A DNA stretch of 64,000 nt from Mobula hypostoma. Its lineage: Eukaryota. Both the position numbers and the translations under genes were made by a program. Below, in pieces: positions 26,091-37,996 of this stretch. The notes beneath the pieces are model-generated. The model was not told where the DNA came from, searched no databases, and saw only the letters and a list, made by a program, of their open reading frames with translations. The DNA lies in contig NC_086097.1 of NCBI RefSeq assembly GCF_963921235.1, positions 200,138,001 through 200,202,000 of the forward strand, in the 5' to 3' direction. How positions within the stretch are numbered: position 1 is the stretch's first letter; the number at the start of each line of letters is the position of its first letter.

Positions 26091-26962
26091 TTCAAAAGCT
26101 CAGTTCCGAAAGGGAAGTTACAGTCAGTGATCATGTCTGATATATAAGTGTGATTAATACAGTAATTTATAGTTTTGTTTATTTTGTTTGCTCTCAGCAA
26201 GTCATCGCTGTGCTTCACCAGCACCATCTTAAACCTGAGTTCCTCTAGCGTCTTGTATGTATCACAACTAAAGTCTGTGAACTGCACATAGCAATGCAAT
26301 TACCAGTATCTGTACATTCTGAGTGAAGGTTAAGCAGTTGCTGTATGAAATGGCCTGCCCTCACATATGCCTTTCAATAAAAGGCTGAAATGCATGGTAT
26401 GGCATGAAAATGCTCCACTTACTTGACACATAAAGACCTATCCTGCCAATAAGTGTCACTAGATTAAGACTTGTTAGGCATGCTGGTGTAAGTCCATTTA
26501 ACAATGTAATATGTCTTAACTACTGCCAAACAACCTATCAGCTCCAGAATCTCTTTCATATTTAATCATCATTGGTATGAAAGAAAAATATAACTTTTTA
26601 AAAATTTCTGCTTCTTTTGTCTTTCTGTCTGTCCTTCTTTCTAAAATCTCATTGAAGCATTCCTCTTTATAGGGTCATAGAAATGCACAGTGTATAAACA
26701 GGCCCTTCAGCCCATCTAGTCCCTGCCGAGCCATTTAAACTGCCTATTCCCATCAGCTGGCAGCCGGACATAGCTCTCCAAACCCACTATTATCCAAACA
26801 TCTCTTAAATGTTGAATTTGAAAAATTTGTAATTTATATGATATGACAATTAATTGAATATAACAGCACTTGTCCTTTCAAATTGTTAGGTGCCCATTAG
26901 TGTGCCTTCAATAGGATTGGTTCACTACCATGATATACAGTTCAGACTGACTGAATCACTAA

Positions 26963-29900
26963 GGTCCGGGATATTTCTGATCATGTCCAAGATATCCTGA
27001 AGTGGGAGGGTGAGGAGCCAGAGGTCGTGGTACATATAGGTACCAATGACATAGGTAGGAAAAGGGATGAGGTCCTGAAAGGAGAATATAGGGAGCTAGG
27101 AAGGGAGTTGAGAAAAAGGACCGCAAAGGTAGTAATCTCGGGATTACTGCCTGTGCCACGCGACAGTGAGAGTAGGAATGCGATGAGGTGGAGGATAAAT
27201 GCGTGGCTGAGGGATTGGAGCAGGGGGCAGGGATTCAAGTTTTTGGATCATTGGGACCTCTTTTGGCGCAGGCGTGACCTGTACAAAAAGGACGGGTTAC
27301 ACTTGAATCCTAGGGGGACCAATATCCTGGCAGGGAGATTAGCGGGGGCTACTGAGGTGACTTTAAACTAGAATGTTTGGGGGGTGGGAATCAAATTAAA
27401 GAGGCTAGGCGTGAGGAGATTAGTTCACAACAGAGGGATGGGAACCAGTGCAGAGAGACAGAGGGGTGTAAAGTGAGGGTAGAAGCAAAAAATACAAAGG
27501 AGAAAAGTAAAAGTGGCAGGCCGACAAATCCAGGGCAAGCATTAAAAAGGGCCACTTTTCAACATAATTTTATAAGGGCTAAGAGAGTTGTAAAAGAGCG
27601 CCTGAAGGCTTTATGTGTCAATGCAAGGAGCATTCGTAATAAGGTGGATGAATTGAAAGTGCAGATTGTTATTAATGATTATGATATAGTTGGGATCACA
27701 GAGACATGGCTCCAGGGTGACCAGGGATGGGAGCTCAACGTTCAGGGATATTCAATATTCAGGAGGGATAGACATGAAGGAAGGGGAGGTGGGGTGGCGT
27801 TGCTGGTTAAAGAAGAGATTAACGCAATAGAAAGCAAGGACATAAGCCGGGAAGACGTGGAATCGATATGGGTAGAGCTGCGTAACACCAAGGGGCAGAA
27901 GACGCTGGTGGGAGTTGTGTACAGGCCACCTAACAGTAGTAGTGAGGTCGGAGATGGTATTAAACAGGAAATTAGAAATGTGTGCAATAAAGGAACAGCA
28001 GTTATAATGGGTGACTTCAATCTACATGTAGACTGGGTGAACCAAATTGGTAAAGGTGCTGAGGAAGAGGATTTCTTGGAATGTATGCGGGATGGTTTTT
28101 TGAACCAACATGTCGAGGAACCAACTAGAGAGCAGGCTATTCTGGACTAGGTTTTGAGCAATGAGGAAGGGTTAATTAGCGATCTTGTCATGAGAGGCCC
28201 TTTGGGTAAGAGTGACCATAATATGGTGGAATTCTTCATTAAGATGGAGAGTGACATAGTTAATTCAGAAACAAAGGTTCTGAACTTAAAGAGGGGTAAC
28301 TTTGAAGGTATGAGATGTGAATTAGCTAAGATAGACTGGCAAATGACACTTAAAGGATTGACGGTGGATATGCAATGGCAAGCATTTAAAGGTTGCATGG
28401 ATGAACTACAACAATTGTTCATCCCAGTTTGGCAAAAGAATAAATCAAGGAAGGTAGTGCACCCGTGGCTGACAAGAGAAATTAGGGATAGTATCAATTC
28501 CAAAGAAGAAGCATACAAATTAGCCAGAGAAAGTGGCTCACCTGAGGACTGGGAGAAATTCAGAGTTCAGCAGAGGAGGACAAAGGGCTTAATTAGGAAG
28601 GGGAAAAAAGATTGAGAGAAAACTGGCAGGGAACATATAAACGGACTGTAAAAGCTTTTATAGATATGTAAAAAGGAAAAGACTGGTAAAGACAAATGTA
28701 GGTCCCCTGCAGACAGAAACAGGTGAATTGATTATGGGGAGCAAGGACATGGCAGACCAATTGAATAGTTACTTTGGTTCTGTCTTCACTAAGGAGGACA
28801 TAAATAATCTTCCAGAAATAGTAAGGGACAGAGGGTCCAGTGGGATGGAGGAACTAAGCGAAATACATGTTAGTAGGGAAGTGGTGTTAGGTAAATTGAA
28901 GGGATTGAAGGCAGATAAATCCCCAGGGCCAGATGGTCTGCATCCTAGAGTGCTTAAAGAAGTAGCCCAAGAAATAGTGGATGCATTAGTGATAATTTTT
29001 CAAAACTCGTTAGATTCTGGACTAGTTCCTGAGGATTGGAGGGTGGCTAATGTAACTCCACTTTTTAAAAAAGGAGGGAGAGAGAAACCGGGGAATTATA
29101 GACCGGTTAGCCTAACGTCGGTGGTGGGGAAACTGCTGGAGTCAGTTATCAAGGATGTGATAACAGCGCATTTGGAAAGCGGTGAAATGATCGGACAAAG
29201 TCAGCATGGATTTGTGAAAGGAAAATCATGTCTGACGAATCTCATAGAATTTTTTGAGGATGTAACTAGTAGAGTGGATAGGGGAGAACCAGTGGATGTG
29301 GTATATTTGGATTTTCAAAAGGCTTTTGACAAGGTCCCACACAGGAGATTAGTGTGCAAACTTAAAGCACACGCTATTGGGGGTAAGGTATTGGTGTGGG
29401 TGGAGAATTGGTTAGCAGACAGGAAGCAAAGAGTGGGAATAAACGGGACCTTTTCAGAATGGCAGGCGGTGACTAGTGGGGTACCGCAAGGCTCAGTGCT
29501 GGGACCCCAGTTGTTTACAATATATATTAATGACTTGGATGAGGGAATTAAATGCAGCATCTCCAAGTTTGCGGATGACACGAAGCTGGGTGGCAGTGTT
29601 AGCAGTGAGGAGGATGCTAAGAGGATGCAGGGTGATTTGGATAGGTTGGGTGAGTGGTCAAATTCATGGCAGATGCAATTTAATGTGGATAAATGTGAAG
29701 TTATCCACTTTAGTGGCAAAAATAGGAAAACAGATTATTATCTGAATGGTGGCCGATTAGGAAAAGGAGAGGTGCAACGAGACCTGGGTGTCATTATACA
29801 CCAGTCATTGAAAGTGGGCATGCAGGTACAGCAGGCGGTGAAAAAGGCGAATGGTATGCTGGCATTTATAGCAAGAGGATTCTAGTACAGGAGCAGGGAG

Positions 29901-30505
29901 GTACTACTGCAGTTGTACAAGGCCTTGGTGAGACCACACCTGGAGTATTGTGTGCAGTTTTGGTCCCCTAATCTGAGGAAAGACATCTTTGCCATAGAGG
30001 GAGTACAAAGAAGGTTCACCAGATTGATTCCTGGGATGGCAGGACTTTCATATGAAGAAAGACTGGATGAATTGGGCTTGTACTCGTTGGGATTTAGAAG
30101 ATTGAGGGGGGATCTGATTGAAACGTATAAGATCCTAAAGGGATTGGACAGGCTAGATGCAGGAAGATTGTTCCCGATGTTGGGGAAGTCCAGAACGAGG
30201 GGTCACAGTTTGAGGATAGAGGGGAAGCCTTTTAGGACTGAGATTAAGAAAAACTTCTTCACACAGAGTGGTGAATCTGTGGAATTCTCTGCCACAGGAA
30301 ACAGTTGAGGCCAGTTCATTGGCTATATTTAAGAGGGAGTTAGCTATGGCCCTTGTGGCTACGGGGGGCAGGGGGTATGGAGGGAAGGCTGGTGCAGGGT
30401 TCTGAGTTGGATGATCAGCCATGATCATAATAAATGGCGGTGCAGGCTCGAAGGGCCGAATGGCCTACTCCTGCACCTATTTTCTATGTTTCTATGTTTC
30501 TATGT
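26963..30505 (+). mobile_element. Near full-length young CR1 LINE: ORF1 SGNH/GDSL esterase C-terminal part plus ORF2 APE endonuclease-RT
   Basis: VHIGTND and DGLHLN (27027..27371); NARS, ETWL, GDFN, SDH endonuclease motifs; PQG and FADD RT motifs; stops/frameshifts near 28148, 28613 and 29883; (TTTCTATG)3 tail. Confidence 0.97.
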
Positions 30506-31212
30506 CCGTGAGGGGATCCAGGAGTGCCCCTATTAACTGTTTGAAGAGAGACAGAGAGAGAGTTATTTACCACCGATATGTTACGTTTGAAAAGAGAGAG
30601 AGAGAGACGAAGATTAACGGTTGGACAGTCACTTTAAGGCATTGGAAATAACTTTGGATTTCTACTGAGTTTGGAGTTGGAAACAGCACCGAGAGGCTCA
30701 AAAGTTGCTATGGTGACCGAAGGCAGATTGTTGATGTTACTTTCAAGGACTTGTTGCCTGCTCGCATTTCTTTACAGACAAAGGAAGGAGGGACTCTTTG
30801 AATGACAGGTGATGCTCAGCCTGGAGAAATAAATAGGAGGTCAGATGATCCAGACCTCAGACACATGATCTGGACACTGAATGAGCATTGTTGTGGCCGC
30901 AGAGAAAGTGGCTTTTGGAGGATCGATCAGGCGGATCGATCCAAATTGCTATTACAGTGAAGGAGAAGGGGTTGACTGGTGGGGAGTTGTCTATGTGCCC
31001 ACCCTTGCCAGGGTGATAGCTCCACCATGGGAAAACCGGTCCTCCTGGTTAAAGTCACAGTCGGTGACTTGTGAAGGATTTCGGAGGATGACGAGGAAAT
31101 CGACGACAGTAGCTCACCTGAAGACTCAACTCACTCTCTCTCTCTCTCTCCATCGCTATTCAACTACATACCATGAACTGAACTGAACTTTACTCAACAT
31201 CATAAGACTGTA

Positions 31213-31314
31213 ACACACATCAAAATTGCTGGTGAACGCAGCAGGCCAGGCAGCATCTATAGGAAGAGGTACAGTCGACGTTTCAGGCCGAGACCCTTCG
31301 TCAGGACTAACATA
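31213..31314 (-). mobile_element. Penelope pLTR fragment inserted in the 5' LTR
   Basis: 14-bp TSD ATCATAAGACTGTA (31199-31212 and 31315-31328); absent from the 3' LTR; same family as 46592-46746. Confidence 0.88.
31273..31308 (-). ncRNA. Minimal type I hammerhead ribozyme (Penelope-associated)
   Basis: Minus strand reads AGUC-CUGACGA-AGG(GUCUCGG)CCU-GAAA-CGUC-GACU: intact core, stem I AGUC/GACU, stem II AGG/CCU, palindromic ACGU minimal stem III, GUC cleavage triplet. Confidence 0.8.
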
Positions 31315-31546
31315 ATCATAAGACTGTATCTTTTTACCCCAGACTTAAAGTAGCTTGGTTTTCATACATATATTCCACACTTACTTTTATATATAATCAT
31401 TGCTAACCTGTTTGATTTATCTACATTAATATTACTGTATTGGGTAGTTACTAATAAATATTAGTAGTTTATAGCAATATTGGACTCCAAAGTGGTTTCT
31501 ATTTCTGCTGGTTTCTTTATCCCCGTCACGGGTACGTGACATAAAT

Positions 31547-31564
31547 TGGGGGCTCGTCCAGGAT
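31547..31564 (+). promoter_or_regulatory. Primer-binding site, tRNA-Pro
   Basis: TGGGGGCTCGTCCAGGAT, 17/18 match to the canonical tRNA-Pro PBS TGGGGGCTCGTCCGGGAT, 5 nt after the 5' LTR. Confidence 0.9.
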
Positions 31565-34500
31565 ATGAACAAATTGGTCGGGAGGCTGGTTTGAATTGAT
31601 TGGGGAAAATCCCTTTTGATTGGGACTTTTGATATGGTTGTGTGGAAAAACAGCAGAAATGGATGTTGTGGGATTTCTGAAATCACCAGACCTGGTGACT
31701 TTGAAGTTAACTAAAAAGTATAAGTTGCGGGACATGGCTAAAGAATTGAAAGTTGAGGTAAAGAGAGGTATGACGAAAGTAGAAATTCGAACGAAAGGGA
31801 ACATTTGGTGAGGAGGCGTTAGAGTTGTTCGTGGAAGGTGAACCTACTGCGGATGAGTTTCAGCTTCAGTTGGAAATATTAAGGAGGGAGCATGAACTGA
31901 AATTAAAACAGCTCCAGAGAGAGGCTAGGGAGGCAGAAAGAAAGAGACAGCTTGAGAGGGAGAAATGGCAACGTGAAGATCACGTGGCAGAAAGGCAGAG
32001 ACAGTTTAAAAGGGAGAGGTTGCAGCAAAGAGGTTTAGAGTCGGACCCTGATGATTTTTACAGCTCGGAAGGGCTAGTTTTGTGTGATGAATTTAAAAGT
32101 TGTGTTCCTGATGAGATAAGGGCATACCCAGTGGCAGAGGATGCCCCTACCCTGAAGGGGTTTGATAAGAAAGCAGACGAAGAAGTTTTAACCCATGAGG
32201 TTGAGTTTACTCCAGAAAAGAGTTGGCCAGAGAATAGCTGGGAGGTTCAAGATGACCTTGAATTTGAAACTAGGACAAGTGATGACAGCCCAGAAGAGGC
32301 AGTTGTTCCGATTGAATGTGTTCGGGTTGGTGAAGGACCTGTGGATTCACAGAGTAGTGAACTTTGTGTTGAAACTCAGTTAAGGTCTGAGGTGTCTGAC
32401 TTGGTTGAAAGGGAACGCAGTTTTAGTGTGTCAGATGATCTTGGTTCAGTGAATAAGGGGTTAACCTTGGTACCAGTGGAATGTGAGGATTCTCAGTTAT
32501 TTGTATTTGACCATGTTTTACAAGTTGGTCATGAAGTGGAAATTGGTGAGTTCAGTTTTGTTGAAAATAATGGAAAAAGTGTTGTTCCTGGACTTTTGGT
32601 TAAAGTGATGGAAAAGGTTGGATTGGTTGCGCGACCTTTGACCCTGCTTGCAGGACAAAGGCCTGCTGAGACAGGATGCGCTAGTTTGTTGAATTTTGTT
32701 TGGACATTTGAGCACCTGCAAGGTCATACTGTTATTCAGTGTAATGCTATGGAAGCAAGGCGCAGTGAAGGTCGGAGAAACTTGATAAAGAGATTGGTTA
32801 GCCTCTTTCATAATGTTTACGTAATTCTCATCAGCCTGATGATGATACTGAATTTCATAAACAATGGATGCATGTTGACAGCTCTCCAAGATAAGAGTGT
32901 TTCAGCAATTCAGCTGATGAGTAAAGTTGCTATTGAGACCTACAATAGAAAAACCAAAGGTTTAAATTATGATGTGTCACAGACTTTTCTACCTTCCAGA
33001 TTTCAGCAGGACTTAAGAGTACAATTGATAAGAGTAAGGTGTATAGGAAAGGTTTGTCTTTATTGAGAAAGGAATGTACCGAGGAACAGAAGCGAGATTC
33101 TGGAATGGTGGCTTTAAGAGAGATAGCTCTCACAGGAGAGGAGGTTCAGAGAGAGTCAGTGGGATATTACCTTAAAGATGGGGTGTTGATGAGGAAGTGG
33201 AGACCAGCCACTGTGCCTGCAAGTCACGTGGTGGTTTTGAAAGGTTACAGGGCTGAAATTTTAAACGTGGCTTACAGCATGGAGTGAGAGAGACAGTGAA
33301 TAGGATTGTGAAGGAACTTTACTGGCCTAGTTTAAGGAATGATGTAGTGAATTGTGTGGGCCCATGGCAAAAGACTGCAGCTGATTATCAGTATGTGTTA
33401 ACAATTGTGTGTGCTGTGTCTTGGTCCCCTGAAGCAATGTCTTTTGAAAACACTGAGACCAAGACTGTGGTAACAGCATACAGTAAGTTTTACACACTGG
33501 CAGGTCTGCCCAAAGAAATTCAATTTGACCGGGGTAATAACTTTACTTTGAGAACGTTCCAGGGGATAGCTAGAGAATTAGAAGCTAAACACATGGTGTC
33601 ATTTACGTATCACACAGAGTCTAAGGGAGCCTTGGAACGGCTGAACTCAACTCTTAAGACAATGATTAAAGCACATTGTGTGAGAAATGAGGAAAATTGG
33701 AACAAGGGGGTTCCCCTCTTCTTATTTAGTGTTGGACATTCGATTCAAAAGGCAGTGAAGGGTAATTTGTTTGGAACCTGTGTTCAGTTACAGGCCAAAA
33801 GGACCTTTGACCCTACTCAGAGAACTCTGGAAGGGATTTAATAAGCTTTGTGACTTTGCCAAGGAAAGTTTACAAAATGGTCGAGTCAAAATAAGACACT
33901 TGTTTACTGGAATTGCAGCTGGGAGAATTGTTGTAGAACAAAATGGAGTTGTGAAATCTGATAATGGAATTACTCATTGAATCTAGACTCACCTGGATGT
34001 CAGAATTCTACTGTTTTGAAAAATATTACTGATAAGGTCCACCAGTTGGACCCAAAACTGAAAAAACAAGTAAAAGGACTAATTGGTGTATTGAATTGGT
34101 GCACAGGTGCAGTGCATGACATCATTATGAATTTAGCCCAGTCTATGAAATAGCATCTTCACAGAGTGAACTTTGAGGAAAGTAAAATGAGTGAAGAAGA
34201 AATTAGAAACAAGAAAGAACAAAGAAAGGAATGGATAACGGTACTGATAGAGTGGGGAAGGCTAAATGCCTTATTAAGATTTACTTGTTAAAAGGATACT
34301 GGGGTGTTCCTTTAATAGAGAGGGCTAAAGAGTTATCAGCATTTGTGACACTGTCTAGACTGTATGCATACAATGTTTTACACTTCGGGATGAAAAATCC
34401 TCTAGAAACATTTCAAAGAATAATCAACTCGGTGATTAGAGGGTTAGAAAACACAGAGGCCTATATTGATGACCTAGTGGTCTGGAATGACACGTGGGAA

Positions 34501-35385
34501 GAGCATATTGCAGCTGTAGAAAAACAGTTTGACAAGGCCACCTTCCAAGGCCACTCTTACTGTGAACCTCGCTAAAAGTGAGTTTGGCCATGCCATAGTT
34601 ACATGTCTGGGTTATGTGGTGGGCTAACGCCAACTGGCTCCTGTACAGGCCAAGGTTCAAGCTATTCCTGAAGTTCCTGTTCTAACTAGCAAGAAAGCTC
34701 TAAGAAGGTTTTTAGGGATGGTTGGGTATTATCATAAGTTATGTAAGAACTTTGCTGACATCGCTCTTCCCCTAACAAAACTCCTGGGGAAGAGTGAAAG
34801 ATTTGAATGGAGTCACCTTTGCCAGGAGGCATTTGAACGTCTGGAAACCATCCTGGGTTATCATCCTGTGCTCAAAGCACCTGACTTTTCAAAGCCATTT
34901 TCTATAACAACAGGTGTTAGTGACGAAGCTGCTGGGGCAGTACTGTTACAGAAGGGAGTGGATGACATTGAACATCCAGTAGCTTATTTCTCAAAGAAAT
35001 TTAATGTGAACCGGAAAAATTATTCAACTGTTGAGAAGGAGTTATTGGCACTTATTCTGGCCTTACAACGTTTTGAGGTTTATACTTGTCCTGCCCAAAG
35101 ACCTCTTGTGATTTACACAGATCACAATCCGCTGGTGTTTCCAACTAAGATGAAGGATGAGAATAGAAGGTTGTTAAATTGGAGTCCGATATTGCAGGAA
35201 GGTGACTTAAAAATCAAACATATAAAAGGTACTGATAACATCATAGCTGATTGCTTATCCCGATGTTAAGTTGGAAACTGTAACCATTTTTGCCTTGTCA
35301 TCTGATGTTTTTTCCCTGTATTCTTTAAAACCCCGTGATAGACATTTAAAAAAAAATCATCTTCGACAATTTTTTTTTTCCCTTT

Positions 35386-35395
35386 GGAAGGGGAG
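35386..35395 (+). promoter_or_regulatory. Polypurine tract
   Basis: GGAAGGGGAG immediately 5' of the 3' LTR. Confidence 0.85.
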
Positions 35396-36307
35396 TGTGA
35401 GGGGATCCAGGAGTGCCCCTATTAACTGTTTGAAGAGAGACAGAGAGAGAGTTATTTACTACCGATATGTTGCTTTTGAAAAGAGAGAGAGAGAGACAAA
35501 GATTAACGGTTGGACTGTCACTTTAAGGCATTGGAAGTAACTTTGGATTTCTACTGAGTTTGGAGTTGGAAACAGCACCGAGCAGCTCGTAAGTTGCTAT
35601 GGTGACCGAAGGCAGATTGTTGATGTTACTTTCAAGGACAGTTTGCCTGCTTGTATTTTTTTACAGACAAAGGAAGGAGGGACTCTTTGAATGACAGGTG
35701 ATGCTCAGCCTGGAGAGATAAGTAGGAGGTCAGATGATACAGACCTCAGACAGATGATCTGGACACTGAATGAGAATTGTTGTGCCCACAGAGAAAGTGG
35801 GTTTTGGAGGATCGATCAAGTGGATTGATCCAAATTGCTATTCCGGTGAAGGAGAAGGGGTTGACTGGTGGGGAGTTGTCTATGTGTCCACCCTTGCTGG
35901 GGTGATAGCTCCACCACAAGAAAACCTTGTTAAAGTCACAGTCGGTGACTGGTGAAGGACTTCGGAGGACGATGAGGAAATCGATGACAGCAGCTCACCT
36001 GAACACTCAACTCACTCTCTCTCTCCATCACTATTCAACTACATACCATGAACAGAACAGAATTGAACTTTACTCAACATCATAAGACTGTATATTTTTA
36101 CCCCTAGACTTAAAGAAGCTTGGTTTTCATACATATATTCCACACTTACTTTTATATATAATCATTGCTAACCTGTTTGATTTATCTACATTTATATTAC
36201 TGTCTTGGGTAGTTACTAATAAATATTAGTAGTTTATAGCAATATTGGACTCCAAAGTGGTTTCTATTTCTGCTGGTTTCTTTATCCCCGTCACGGGGTA
36301 CGTGACA
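35396..36307 (+). repeat. 3' LTR, 912 bp
   Basis: TGTGAG...GTGACA; preceded by PPT, followed by TSD GGTC. Confidence 0.94.
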
Positions 36308-36325
36308 GGTCATATACAGCTTATA

Positions 36326-37730
36326 CAGACATCCCACCCTGCAATAACTCACTTCAGGGAGGTAGCACCCCCGCCCCCCGCAACCCCATATCCACCTCCC
36401 CCCGCCCTAAGTGATTTTGTCTAATCTGTAAACCAAGTTGGGTACATACAGAAAATGTGACATGAAAATATGTACTTATATTATATTATCATGTCTATTC
36501 TATTACAACTTTGAGCAAGTCTACAGGGAGTTTGGCCTCATCACGCAGGACATCTATCGGGTAGCTCCTTAGCAGCCAGCTAGCTAGTTTAAATAATGTT
36601 AGCTATGCTAATGAATGAATGACACCTGTTAAACTCACCTCAACATGTCTTTTACATTTTAACCCACCATGGGCAATAGAAAAGTCACTGTTGCAAACGG
36701 TGCAGCGAGCAACACTGTCATTATTTTTGAGGTTGACTGTAAAGTCCACCCACAGAAAAAGCTGATAGGTCTACTTAGCAGGGGTCCCCAACCTTTTTTG
36801 CACCGTGGACCAGTTTAATATTGACAATATTCTTGCAGACTGGCTGACCAGGGGCGAGAATGTTAATCATGACTGGAATATAGCTGATAAGTCAACCATA
36901 TGTCAGTTATAAGTGGCTACTACACTCATTTTCATTTCTAAAAGGGTTTATCTAATGAATTTAATATTAAACACACAGCGCATATTTTCCTCGCATGATA
37001 AGTCAATTATAAGTCAATAGCATCATAACATTTTAAGTAACGTTTGGATATTAAACACACAGCACATATTTTCTCCATATGACCATATAAAATCATTGCA
37101 ACACACCAATATCACTGAATCAGTGGGAGCCCTGGGCTTGTTTTCCTGCAACAAGACGGTCCCATCGAGGGGTGATGGGAGACAGCGATACTCGAAGGGG
37201 GTTCCTTGTGTCCAGTCTATTCCGCAATTTAGTTTTCATTGCATTCATTGCAGAAAACTCCGCTTCTCAGAGATATGCTGGAAACGGAAGCAACGTTTTC
37301 AGTGCTTCCATGGCTATCTCAGGATATTCAGCCTTGACTTTGATCCAGAATGCCGGCAGAGATGTTATGTCAAACATACTTTTCAGCCTACCGTCATTTG
37401 CAAGCTCGAGGAGTTGATCTTCCCGCGCTGAGATGGATGACGCGTGCGTAATGACCTCGCGTGCGTTCAAGTTCAGCAGTGGGCATGATAGGGAATGAGG
37501 AAAGGTGCAGCTGACTCATATCGTTTCATATTGCCAAATCATATCATTTCCTCGCAGCCCGGTGGTTGGGGACCACTCTTAGCACGAAGAGAGACCAATC
37601 AGGATGCTCGCTCTCCCTCTCCCTCTCAAATAATCGATTTCCGAGATATTGTATATAATTTCTGGGCCTCAGGGAGCCACTATCAACATGCGGGAGACTC
37701 CCAGAACATGCGGGAGAGGTGGGATGTCTG
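36326..37730 (-). mobile_element. Composite non-autonomous DNA transposon, copy 2 (inner Buster-type element 36779-37577)
   Basis: TIRs CAGACATCCCACC / GGTGGGATGTCTG; GCTTATA duplicated on both flanks; inner element CAGGGGTCCCCAACC...GGTTGGGGACCACT with CTTAG on both sides. Confidence 0.9.
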
Positions 37731-37996
37731 GCTTATAACATGCACAATCACTGAAGTCTGTGAACAGGCTTACAATAAAATAATCCCTACAGCTATTTTT
37801 ATCAGAAAGTCTTGCTCATTATGAATGAGCTATTTAAATATGTGTATTTCCTTTCTCGCAGTACTACATTTGTTTATTAGGGTTAGCAATCCACATTTAC
37901 ATGGTGACAAAGCCTGAACATCCAGATTAGTTTTGCATTACACCATCTAACATAAAGTTTCCTTTATGTTTTACTATAAATAAAGCAAGTACTGAC

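Larger units (their letters stand above)
30507..31541 (+). repeat. 5' LTR (contains a Penelope-derived insert)
   Basis: Direct repeat of 35396-36307; first base T>C; ends GTGACA. Confidence 0.93.
30507..36307 (+). mobile_element. Gmr1-like Ty3/Gypsy LTR retrotransposon (gag - PR remnant - INT - RT - RNase H), decayed
   Basis: Two LTRs, PBS, PPT; gag from ATG 31659; integrase YWP, GLPKEIQFDRG.NF, YH.ES.GALER (33284..33841) precedes RT YIDD (34231..34575) and RNase H (34718..35269: YSTVEKELLA, TDHNPL, AD.LSR); TSD GGTC. Confidence 0.93.

Noticed and set aside
31825..33066. 413-aa ORF with a hydrophobic stretch as a novel gene or env-like protein
   Set aside because: It lies inside the LTR element between gag and integrase and is made of deleted gag/protease/linker remnants. 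It has no ATG start or env motifs.
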